Of a stretch of DNA of 64,000 bases, positions 52,537 through 61,192 are shown piece by piece. A program made the translations under genes and the position numbers. Under the pieces are notes generated by a model. The model ran no database searches and was not told the DNA's origin. It saw nothing but the letters and a program-made list of their open reading frames with translations. Each line of letters opens with the position of its first letter. The first letter of the stretch is position 1. The stretch spans positions 3,350,881-3,414,880 of the forward strand of contig OZ245053.1 in assembly GCA_965224645.1 (NCBI GenBank), given 5' to 3'. This stretch comes from Woeseiaceae bacterium (GTDB lineage: Bacteria > Pseudomonadota > Gammaproteobacteria > Steroidobacterales > Woeseiaceae).

Positions 52537-53907
52537 ATGCCTGTCAAATACAACAATCAATGCGCGCAACTCGCGCTGCGGCCAATAGTCTTCTTATTGT
52601 TTACGGCAATTTGCCTAACCAGCATAGCTGCGCAGGCCCACGAACGGCTGTTTCAAGCAGCAGACCAGGCGGCGTCCGAAGGTCGCCTGGCGGAAATGCT
52701 GCAAATTCATGAGCAGATACTTGCCGATGATCCCAGCAATGTGAGAGCTTTGGCCGGAAAAGCGGCTTCGCTTGCGTGGCAGCGGCGATTTCATGAGGCG
52801 CAAGCCGAATACCAGAAGTTGCTTAACCTGGAACCGAACAATGTCGATGCTCGCATAGGCCTCGGATATGCCTATGCCTGGGACGGGCAGTATTCGCTGG
52901 CGCACACAGCGTTCAATCAAGCTCTTGCTATCGACCCTATAAATATTAGTGCACGTAAAGGTGTAGCACTGAGTTACCTGTGGTCGGGTGAATACGAACT
53001 TGCGCTGAATGCATTGGAACTCGCGTCCAACATCGCACCGGATGATGTGGAGATTTGGCAAGTCACTGGGTATGCGCATTTGGAGCAGCAGAACAACCGG
53101 AGTGCAATAAAAGCATTCGACCACGCCCTTCAGCTTGACCCTAACCAGCAAGCAGTCCAGACAGCACGCATGGAGGCACATCGCGCTGCGCCTGCGATCG
53201 AGGTTTTCGCGCTGGCAGGTTCAACTAGCGACGCCGAGAGTGGCCCGCGCAAAGTGGAGATATCCCATTGGCCGGCGCGTTCGACGCGTGTATTCGCGCG
53301 CTACGACGACACTGTCGGCTTGGACAATCCTTCAATTTCAGAACGTGGATCCAGTGTACACAGCTACTTCGCCGGAGCGTCGCATCGCATAAACGACAAA
53401 TACCAGCTTCAAGTGGAAGGCGGTGTACGTCAATTGACCGACGGAGACCTCAATTCGGCTTCAGTGACCGGCGCTTTCTTGACGTCCCTTGGATCGCTCA
53501 CGATCGGGACACAGTTTGGCAACCACGAGCTCGGCCACAACGATGTGCTGGCGTTTAGCAGCCTACGCTTTGCCGTAAACGATCGATGGCAACTGGAGCC
53601 TGCGCTTTACTTGTCAGAGTCAGGCGTGGATGACGACAGGGAATGGCGCGCCGTACTTGGTGCGGAGTATGCATACTCGGATCGCCTAGTATTTGGTGGA
53701 CATCTCGGTGCAGGCCAAGTCGATGCTGCGCAGCCAGCGTTCTCTGGCAACACAGGCGTTGTGGGTGCTTGGGCTCGACAAGAGTTTGGTGGCCCGTTCG
53801 CACTGACGCTCTCGGCTCGATATGAACAATCTCCTACAAGGGACTTCAATATCGTCGAGCTCGGATTTCACTATCGCCTGCCGGGAAATGTTGGAGGTTC
53901 GCGATGA
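52537..53907 (+). CDS. TPR-repeat protein fused to a C-terminal outer-membrane beta-barrel (YaiO-like)
   Basis: It has a signal peptide and 5-6 TPR units (LNLEPNNVDARIGLGYAYAWDGQY, ALAIDPINISARKGVALSYLW and others). The C-terminal about 230 aa are beta-barrel-like, ending in an FHYRL-type strand. The stop overlaps the GT2 start. Confidence 0.7.
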   Translation: MPVKYNNQCAQLALRPIVFLLFTAICLTSIAAQAHERLFQAADQAASEGRLAEMLQIHEQILADDPSNVRALAGKAASLAWQRRFHEAQAEYQKLLNLEPNNVDARIGLGYAYAWDGQYSLAHTAFNQALAIDPINISARKGVALSYLWSGEYELALNALELASNIAPDDVEIWQVTGYAHLEQQNNRSAIKAFDHALQLDPNQQAVQTARMEAHRAAPAIEVFALAGSTSDAESGPRKVEISHWPARSTRVFARYDDTVGLDNPSISERGSSVHSYFAGASHRINDKYQLQVEGGVRQLTDGDLNSASVTGAFLTSLGSLTIGTQFGNHELGHNDVLAFSSLRFAVNDRWQLEPALYLSESGVDDDREWRAVLGAEYAYSDRLVFGGHLGAGQVDAAQPAFSGNTGVVGAWARQEFGGPFALTLSARYEQSPTRDFNIVELGFHYRLPGNVGGSR

Positions 53908-55655
53908 GTTCGTCAGTCGTTCGCGCCCTCGACGCACCATCGCGTCGCCGCTCTCTAAGGAACATCGCCGGCCGCTCACCGGCCATGTTCGTTTTCCTGT
54001 TCACGGCCTGGATAAGCGCCATTATTTGGTTCGGACCGCGGTTGATCACATCTATGGCCGCGACGAATGGTCCCGTGTCACAGATTGCTCAAGGCTACTT
54101 CGTCCTATTCGTCTGCGTCGCTTGGCTCTATGGGCTCTACAACATTTCAGTGGTTATTTTCGCGATCGTCAGCCGGTTCAAGCCTCAGGTATCGGCGAAG
54201 GTCGAGATAGATTCGACGCCGCCAGTCGCCGTTCTCTACACAACCTGCAACGACTTTGTTGAAGCGGGTGCAGAATCTTGCGCTCGGCTCAACTACCCGA
54301 ACTACACTGTTTATATTCTCGACGATAGCTCTGATGAGTCGTTCCAGCGACGAGTCGATCGATTCGCAAACAAATTTGATCACGTTGAAGTTGTGCGGAG
54401 ATCAAATCGGGAGGGATTCAAAGCAGGAAACCTCAACAACGCGCTTCGTAACCGAGTGTCAGAACCCTACTTTGTTGTCGCCGACTCCGACGAAATTCTG
54501 CCACGTGACTTCTTGGAAGTTCTTGTACCGCGCATTAACGCGGACCCCGATTGTGGCTTCATTCAGGCAAATCATAAGTGCATTAAGCATGGCACAAAGT
54601 TGCAGCGCGACATGTGTAGAGGCATCGATATTCATTGGAAGTGGTATCAGCCGCTTAGAAACCACTTCGGATTTGTCATCTTTCTCGGTCACGGCGCGAT
54701 TCTCCGTACGAGCTGCTGGCAAGAAGTCGGTGGGTTTCCCGAATTGGTAAGTGAAGACTTGGCCTATGCCATCGCGATTCGCCAAAAAGGCTGTTACGGA
54801 ACCTTTGCAGGTGATGTGACGTGTCTGGAGGAGTTTCCGGAGTCTGTTCGAGCGTTCAGGGTACGACATGCCAAGTGGACACGAGGAACTTGCGAATTTC
54901 TCCACAAGATGAGTTGGCCACTGATCCGATCGAAGAACATTTCGGTGTCGGAAAAGCTGGACATCCTCTTTCCAACGGCGAACTTACCGCTGACCTTGTT
55001 CTTTTTCGTGTTCATGATAATGACCGCGATCGTGTTGCCGTTGTCGATTGGCGAGCGCGCTACCGTGACTTTCGAGCTCGGAAACTCGACATTGAATCTG
55101 CCGGTCATCCGAATGCCGGCGGCGATGAACGTGCTGTATACATGGGACTTCTACGCCATGACAGTGGTCGCCCTGGTTTCGCCGCTGGTTTGCTTCGTAA
55201 TCGAAATGTGGCGGACCCCACTAAAGCTCCTACGATTCCTGGTTCATTCGACGTCACTGTACGCGGCTCTGGCGCCGCTCTCGACGATATGCGTACTCGG
55301 TTATCTGAAAACCCGAAGTGCACGATTTCTGGTGACTGGTGATCACTCGGCAGCGCCCGTGAAGTCGAGGTTTTGGGAGGACACGCACCCGGATGACCAA
55401 ACAACGCAACGACTTGAGTGGGCAGCAGCCTGGCTTTTCGCAATCGGCTCTGTTGCCAGTTTTCAAGTTGCACTGTTTGGACTGGCGATTGGATACGCGC
55501 TCCTCGCAATCATGCACAGCGCCGACTGGGGTCGGCCAGGTTTGCAAACACTGGCCTGGATACCGTTCACGTTCATAGCCATCGGTATTTCGCTAGGAGG
55601 AATGAGCTTGTTCGGGGTTCAGCCGGTTTTCTTCGGCTTTGGGTTTCATTTCTGA
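53904..55655 (+). CDS. Membrane-embedded family 2 glycosyltransferase (processive synthase type)
   Basis: It has N- and C-terminal TM helices. The motifs are VAVLYTTCNDF, YILDDSSD, VVADSDEIL (DxD), GHGAILR, VSEDLAYA (ED) and RVRHAKWTRG (QxxRW-like). Confidence 0.85.
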   Translation: MSSSVVRALDAPSRRRSLRNIAGRSPAMFVFLFTAWISAIIWFGPRLITSMAATNGPVSQIAQGYFVLFVCVAWLYGLYNISVVIFAIVSRFKPQVSAKVEIDSTPPVAVLYTTCNDFVEAGAESCARLNYPNYTVYILDDSSDESFQRRVDRFANKFDHVEVVRRSNREGFKAGNLNNALRNRVSEPYFVVADSDEILPRDFLEVLVPRINADPDCGFIQANHKCIKHGTKLQRDMCRGIDIHWKWYQPLRNHFGFVIFLGHGAILRTSCWQEVGGFPELVSEDLAYAIAIRQKGCYGTFAGDVTCLEEFPESVRAFRVRHAKWTRGTCEFLHKMSWPLIRSKNISVSEKLDILFPTANLPLTLFFFVFMIMTAIVLPLSIGERATVTFELGNSTLNLPVIRMPAAMNVLYTWDFYAMTVVALVSPLVCFVIEMWRTPLKLLRFLVHSTSLYAALAPLSTICVLGYLKTRSARFLVTGDHSAAPVKSRFWEDTHPDDQTTQRLEWAAAWLFAIGSVASFQVALFGLAIGYALLAIMHSADWGRPGLQTLAWIPFTFIAIGISLGGMSLFGVQPVFFGFGFHF

Positions 55656-55709
55656 GGGAGGACGATGATTAGCAAGTTCCCGAAGAAATTATTTACGGAC
55701 ATTCGGTCA

Positions 55710-55895
55710 TTTTAGTTCAATAATGGGCTTCTACGCCCGTTAGTGTCGTATCGGACATCATATTGTTTAGTTTTGTCACGTTTTGACGAGCTTCGGCTCG
55801 CTGAGATTTGAGGAGACAAGCGATGAGACGATGGGATGCTCTGGCAGATGCCTATATAGAGGAGTACAAGGCCCGAGGCGTCAGCGAGGACTACG
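55710..55895 (+). repeat. Direct repeat copy B (186 bp), partner of 41114-41303
   Basis: See copy A. Here the repeat continues into a long recombinase ORF. Confidence 0.9.
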
Positions 55896-56662
55896 TAACG
55901 CACGTAGAACGGGAGATTGAGCGCTGGGGTGCTTGGCTGAGGCGACGCCGACCCAAGCCCCGCCTCGAGGAGATTTCACCGGATCTGCATGTCCGATTCG
56001 TGCAGGATCGGACCGCGTTCAAGGCCAAGTCCACGGTCTACGGCGTCATCAGCAAGATGCGCGGCTTCGGCGACTTCCTGGTCGCTCAGGGTGTCTGGGC
56101 TGACAACCCACTCAAGTGGATGCAAGGACCCAAGCTGACGCCGTACCACCGTATGCCGAAGCGCATCAGTGCAGCGGACATGAAGGCTCTCTGGTCGGCA
56201 GCGGCGACCAGTCGCGGCCACTTCCAGCGCCATCTTGGCATCACGATCCTGTCGATTCTGTACGGCACCGGGCTGCGCCGCGGCGAGCTAGAACGTCTCA
56301 ACGTTGCCGACTGGAACCGCGAGGACGGGACACTTCGCATCGACGGTCAGAAGACGGGTCAGGAACGCAGCGTTCCGGTGCCACGCATCGTGTATCGCTT
56401 CATCGAGACGTACCTGCCTCACCGACAGAACCACCTGATCAAGAAGGAGCGGTTCGATCAGCCCGCGCTGTTCCTCAACCGCCAGGCCGGACGGGTGCGC
56501 GCCAACATGATCAGCAAGATGGTCAGGACCATTGCGAAGCGCGCCGCAGTGAAGCTGCACAGCCTGCACCAGTTTCGGCATACCTGTGCCTCGGACTTGC
56601 TGGCATCGGGTGCTTCGCTCGCCGAGCTGCGCGATCGAATATCGCCGCACTCTGGGAACTGA
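55823..56662 (+). pseudogene. XerC/D-like tyrosine recombinase lacking the C-terminal catalytic His/Tyr segment
   Basis: It has the SAM-like N-domain, GTGLRRGEL (Arg) and HQFRHTCAS (HxxR). After LLASGASLAEL the sequence becomes RDRISPHSGN-stop instead of the expected LGH...Y block. An IS481-like remnant lies 150 nt downstream. Confidence 0.65.
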
Positions 56663-56811
56663 ACAACTCTTCCTGTCGGTGAGGTAGAGGCTTCGTTTGT
56701 TTCACCGCTTGAATCTGAACTCTATTCTTCTACGATTACGAACGACCTCTTGATTCGGTCATATATCGGTGCCGATCAGCAAACTGTCGAACGGCAGGCT
56801 AGACAAGGTGA

Positions 56812-56945
56812 GTTTAAAGACTCACCGAAGGAGAGGGTCGTTCAGTTTCCAGATCGCGGCACCATCCAATCACGCCAACATTGCGGTGGATTGCATCATG
56901 AGTACTACCGACAGGCTGCATTAGGATGAATAAACGGGAAGGACA
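56812..56945 (+). mobile_element. 3' remnant of a third IS481-like copy (last about 35 codons plus right IR)
   Basis: It reads KDSPKERVVQFPDRGTIQSRQHCGGLHHEYYRQAALG-stop, then GATGAATAAACGGGAAGGACA. These parallel the C-terminus and right inverted repeat of the copy at 59598-60711. Confidence 0.65.
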
Positions 56946-57081
56946 AACGGGTACACTTTAACGTCGGATTTGAATGACATTTGGGTTTTCGCGGCCCTAT
57001 AATCCGGGTGTGCTAAACAGCGGACGAGATGTCGTTCGTTGCTCTGCATAATTCTTTATTGCCGCAATTCTAGGAGAGATC

Positions 57082-57555
57082 ATGAACAAACTTCGAAACG
57101 CAGCTCTGGTCCTGAGCGCTATCGCCCTGTTTCAGACAGCGCCGGCGAATGCCAGGGAGTTTGCCGACATTTATACCGATTGCGGTTTGGGTGCGTTGAT
57201 CGCTCCCCGTAACGATGCCGTTGCCGCTGTGACCAACGTAACCTGGGACCTCGGCACGACGGCTATTCTGTCCAACGCCTCTTCGCCGGAATCCTGCGAG
57301 GGCGGCAAGGGCGAATCTGCAGCCTTTATTTACGATGCGTATCCCAGCATCGAGAAGGACCTGGCTGTCGGCCGCGGTGAGCATCTGACAGCACTGCTGG
57401 CTATTGCCGGTGTCGATGAAGCGGCGCACGATGAGCTGTCGGCAAAGCTGCGCGTAGAATTCGCAGAGCTGGTTGCCGTCGAAGGTTATTCGGAGCAATC
57501 ACGCTACCAGAAAGCAGAGAACTTCTACAATCTGCTGCATACACAGATCGGCTAG
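57082..57555 (+). CDS. Secreted hypothetical protein (possibly DUF3015-like; unverified)
   Basis: 157 aa with a signal peptide MNKLRNAALVLSAIALFQTAPANA and a GGAGAG ribosome-binding site 5 nt upstream. A strong terminator follows. Confidence 0.6.
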   Translation: MNKLRNAALVLSAIALFQTAPANAREFADIYTDCGLGALIAPRNDAVAAVTNVTWDLGTTAILSNASSPESCEGGKGESAAFIYDAYPSIEKDLAVGRGEHLTALLAIAGVDEAAHDELSAKLRVEFAELVAVEGYSEQSRYQKAENFYNLLHTQIG

Positions 57556-57607
57556 CCGACTGGTGGTGCTTTCCATCGCCGATCTCGCGCGATAGAAATA
57601 CGTTGCA

Positions 57608-57635
57608 AGCCCGGCCTCGTGCCGGGCTCTTCGTT
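57608..57635 (+). terminator. Rho-independent terminator
   Basis: AGCCCGGC-ctcgt-GCCGGGCT followed by CTTCGTT. It lies inside the 5' extension of track ORF 57603, which supports the downstream ATG 57636 as the real start. Confidence 0.7.
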
Positions 57636-59510
57636 ATGCGTCACAACGTTTTACGTCTGATTGCACTGCTTTTGATTGGCGATGTGGTGGCAGGCGCGCC
57701 TCTGCCGCTGGCCGATGCCCTCGCTGAGGCCGAGCGCACCGGTCTTGCCACGCACCCCGTCTGGCTGCGCTTGCTGCACTACAAAGACGGTGATGCGGCG
57801 GCGGCCAGCGAAGTTCTCGACGACGACTTTTTCTTGGCGTCGAACGGAAGCCACTCGCCCGGCGACGAACTACGGGCGACGCTGTCGGCCCTGCTGAACG
57901 ACGGCGGCGCGGACGGTGACGACAGAGCCAGCTGCCGCTTTCCGGCGCGACGCCAGTTCCTGAACCGGACGCTCGCCCTCGGCCTGCCCGAGACCGGCTG
58001 CCCGCGGCTTGAACAGTGGGTGAATGCCGAGCAGCTGGATTCGATCAGCCTGATGATGATCAGCGGTTACTTCGGCAACCCGGCGTCGACCTTCGGTCAC
58101 ATCCTGATAAAAATCAACAACGGTTCGGTTCCGGACGGTTATACGCTGCTCGATCTCGGCATCAACTTCGGCGCGCTGGTGCCGGAAAACGAAAATACAC
58201 TCGTCTACATCGTCAGGGGTCTGACCGGCAAATACCAGGCCGGCTTTTCGGACCAGGACTACTACCGCGCCGATCTCACCTATAGCCGCACCGAGTTCCG
58301 TGATATGTGGGAGTACAAGCTGAACCTGAGTGCCTACCAGACCCGGCTGATGCTGAATCATCTGTGGGAGATTGCGGGGCGAAAATTTCGCTACTACTTC
58401 CTGAAGGGCAACTGCGCGTATCGCATTGCCGAGTTGCTCGAGCTCGTGACCGAGGCGCCGTTCGTCGCCGACATTAATCTCTGGTATGCGCCAATTACGA
58501 CGTTTCACCGTTTGGACGCGGTCGACGCCAGCCTCGAAAGCCAGGGTGGGCTGATCACTTCGGTGACCTACCGGCCGTCCGCGCAGCGGCTCTTCTATGC
58601 GCAGGTCGAAAAGCTCTCGACCGACGAGAATGCGCTGCTGAATACGCTGATCGTATCGGGCGGCGATCTCGGTGCACTGGACAACATCGACGCGGCGGGG
58701 CGGGCGAACGTGCTCGACGTTCTGCTGGCGTACTACCAGTACCGCCTGGCTGGTGTGCTGGACGAAGAAGCTGACGCGAACGTTCGCAATGCAAAGGACG
58801 ACGCACTGCGGGCGCGGCTGGCATTACCCGCAGTATCGCAAGCGCCTCAGGTCGCAATTCCGCCGCGCCGCGCACCGTCCAGTGCGGCGCCGCCGTCGCG
58901 GTTTGCAGTCGGCGGCGGGTACAACGACGCATCCGATACCTACGGGTATGCGTCCTACGCCGCATTCTCGTACGAAACCGTCGGCAACAACTTGCTCGAC
59001 TATTCAAGCCTCGTAATGGCCGATCTCTCAGTGGGATTCGATCGGGACGGTCTGCGTCTCGAAAAATTCGACTTCGTCCGCGCACGCAAGGTCAACCTCG
59101 TGCGATCCGGAATTCATGACGAGTCGACATCGTCCTGGGAGGTTGGGTTCGGGAGTCGCCGTGAACATCTCGGCTGCAGCGATTGTCGCGAGGCCTTCTT
59201 TGAAGGTGCCGTCGGCAAGTCGACCGGGTTCGGTGATGCTGCGGCGGTCTCCGCTTTCGTCGGTTTCGACGTCGCGACGGGCACGCTCGGGTCGAGCGCA
59301 TTCACTCGCGTCGTGCTCAATGTCGGCACCGCGGAACGCTGGGGTTCCGAGCTCGGCGCAACCTACGCGTTTTTTCCGCGAGAGCGCGACGACCGCGTGA
59401 CCCTGCGCTGGCGGAGCCGGTTGTCGTTGGCACAGCGGCATGAAGTCAACTTCGACCTGGCGCATGACGACGTTCTCGATGGACGTGTCTACTATGCCTA
59501 TCGCTGGTGA
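57636..59510 (+). CDS. DUF4105 (Lnb N-terminal periplasmic domain) family protein, with C-terminal beta-rich domain
   Basis: The signal is MRHNVLRLIALLLIGDVVAG. WLRLLHYKDG, FFLASNGSHSPGDELRATLSAL, CRFPARRQFL and STFGHILIKIN match my memory of the DUF4105 family pattern. Confidence 0.75.
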   Translation: MRHNVLRLIALLLIGDVVAGAPLPLADALAEAERTGLATHPVWLRLLHYKDGDAAAASEVLDDDFFLASNGSHSPGDELRATLSALLNDGGADGDDRASCRFPARRQFLNRTLALGLPETGCPRLEQWVNAEQLDSISLMMISGYFGNPASTFGHILIKINNGSVPDGYTLLDLGINFGALVPENENTLVYIVRGLTGKYQAGFSDQDYYRADLTYSRTEFRDMWEYKLNLSAYQTRLMLNHLWEIAGRKFRYYFLKGNCAYRIAELLELVTEAPFVADINLWYAPITTFHRLDAVDASLESQGGLITSVTYRPSAQRLFYAQVEKLSTDENALLNTLIVSGGDLGALDNIDAAGRANVLDVLLAYYQYRLAGVLDEEADANVRNAKDDALRARLALPAVSQAPQVAIPPRRAPSSAAPPSRFAVGGGYNDASDTYGYASYAAFSYETVGNNLLDYSSLVMADLSVGFDRDGLRLEKFDFVRARKVNLVRSGIHDESTSSWEVGFGSRREHLGCSDCREAFFEGAVGKSTGFGDAAAVSAFVGFDVATGTLGSSAFTRVVLNVGTAERWGSELGATYAFFPRERDDRVTLRWRSRLSLAQRHEVNFDLAHDDVLDGRVYYAYRW

Positions 59511-59597
59511 GCGCGCATCAAGCAAGGCGCCCGCCTGCCGGTCCGCGGACCGGTGGGTTGTGCGCCACAAAAAATTACTAAACACCGCAGATCCGAG

Positions 59598-60711
59598 TGT
59601 GCCTCCTATAAAATCGTCCGCATTGATTTTTCTGGAGTTTTTCTCGGCTGCCGTTTAGCGTCGACGAATGACTAAATGGCTCTCAATTCTTCCGCATGTC
59701 TTTGTTTCGCTGATCCGGACTTGCCGAGATCTGGCATTTGAAAACCTCCTTCTGCGACAGCAACTGGCGGTGCTGAAGGAGACGGGTATTCGCCCGCAGC
59801 TTTCGCGGACCGACCGTTTTTTCTGGGTGCTCGTCTCGAGGATTTGGCCTCGATGGCGAGATGTCCTGCATATCGTTCGGCCGGAAACGGTAATCCGATG
59901 GCATCGCGAAGGGTTTTGTCGCCATTGGACAGTGAAGTGCCGGAAACGAAGACGGCCACCAATCGACTCGCAGATCCGCGCATTGATCCGGCGCATGTGC
60001 GAGGCGAATCCCCTGTGGGGCGCGCCAAGAATCCATGGCGAAATCTTGAATCTCGGTATTAACGTGTCCGAGGCCGTGGTGTCCAAATACATGATCAGGA
60101 CCAGAAAGCCGCCGGCTCAAAGTTGGCGGACTTTCCTGGAGAATCGCGCCAAGGACATCATCGCAACAGATTTCTTCACGGTGCCAACGGCAACGTTCCG
60201 AGTGCTATTCGTTCTTGTGATTCTCAGCCACGATCGCCGAGAAATCCTTCACACCAATGTGACTGAATCACCGACTGCGGAGTGGGCGGCTCGTCAAGTT
60301 ATTGAAGCTGTCGGCCTCGACGAGGTGCCGAGATACCTGATCCGCGACCGGGACCAGAATTTCAGCGCGAGCTCTAGCCGCAAAGTCGCATCCGCCGGTT
60401 TGAGGGAAGTCCTGACAGCACCAGCATCACCGTGGCAAAACGCGTACGCGGAGCGTGTTATCGGTACGTTTCGTCGAGAATGCCTGGATCACACGATCAT
60501 CTTAGGTGAGAGGCATCTCCGGAGGACGGTTAAACGGTACGCCGACTATTACAACAGGGTGCGCACGCATCTTTCGTTGGAAAAGGACTCGCCGAAGGGT
60601 CGGCTCATCCAGTTCCCAGACCAAGGCTGTATCCTTGCGCGCCGACATTGTGGTGGATTACATCACGAGTACTTCCGACAGGCCGCGTAGGATGAATTTA
60701 TAGGAGGCACA
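59598..60711 (+). mobile_element. IS481-like element copy 2, complete (1114 bp, 15-bp perfect terminal IRs)
   Basis: TGTGCCTCCTATAAA at 59598 and TTTATAGGAGGCACA ending at 60711 flank a single 340-aa transposase ORF. Confidence 0.85.
59668..60690 (+). CDS. DDE transposase, integrase-core type, IS481-like (paralog of 35915..36937)
   Basis: It has the same motif set (PLWGAPRIHGEILNLG, DIIATDFF, LIRDRDQNF, SPWQNAYAERVIGT, YYNRVRTHLSL). Confidence 0.85.
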   Translation: MTKWLSILPHVFVSLIRTCRDLAFENLLLRQQLAVLKETGIRPQLSRTDRFFWVLVSRIWPRWRDVLHIVRPETVIRWHREGFCRHWTVKCRKRRRPPIDSQIRALIRRMCEANPLWGAPRIHGEILNLGINVSEAVVSKYMIRTRKPPAQSWRTFLENRAKDIIATDFFTVPTATFRVLFVLVILSHDRREILHTNVTESPTAEWAARQVIEAVGLDEVPRYLIRDRDQNFSASSSRKVASAGLREVLTAPASPWQNAYAERVIGTFRRECLDHTIILGERHLRRTVKRYADYYNRVRTHLSLEKDSPKGRLIQFPDQGCILARRHCGGLHHEYFRQAA

Positions 60712-60928
60712 GACAGTCCAAGCTACAACTATCGGGCAGACTGGATCGCTTAAATTGCCGATGTCCCCGGAGCATGCGCTTCAGTTATTCACAGCTCGAG
60801 GTGAAGAGCTTTGGTCGCCCGAATGGAAACCCTACGTTCTCACTGGAAATGGACAGAGCGAAGGCACTATTTGGATTTCCGTCGACGATGACCACGTTGG
60901 CGTTGGGCATTTGTATGTCGCTCGTTAA
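60712..60928 (+). pseudogene. Possible fragment of an SRPBCC-like gene interrupted by the IS481-like copy
   Basis: The frame is open from the IS end and reads TVQATTIGQTGSLKLPMSPEHALQLFTARGEELWSPEWKPYVLTGNGQSEGTIW...-stop. The GE..W.P.W.P pattern recalls SRPBCC/polyketide-cyclase-like proteins. It is too short to be sure. Confidence 0.25.
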
Positions 60929-61090
60929 GATCAACTAGAATCGCGAGTGGAGTACGAATGAAAATATCGTAGAAGGAATCGGCGGAAAACCACGACTTGT
61001 CTTTATTGTTGATGTTGATCGTAGTCGGGGTTTGGTCGAGCGATGAATCTCCGGATAAAATTGCACATGTAATCGCCGCGGAGCATGCGT

Positions 61091-61126
61091 AAGAAAATAC
61101 CCGCGGCGAACTGCGGGTATTTTCTT
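61091..61126. terminator. Bidirectional rho-independent terminator hairpin
   Basis: AAGAAAATACCCGC-ggcgaact-GCGGGTATTTTCTT has an 11-bp stem flanked by an A-run and a T-run. It lies 67 nt downstream of the TonB-dependent receptor stop. Confidence 0.75.
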
Positions 61127-61192
61127 AAAGGACCCATACTGTTTATACAGCATTCATAGGGAGCGGCCCCTATTTTCTGCTGAACAGAAACG

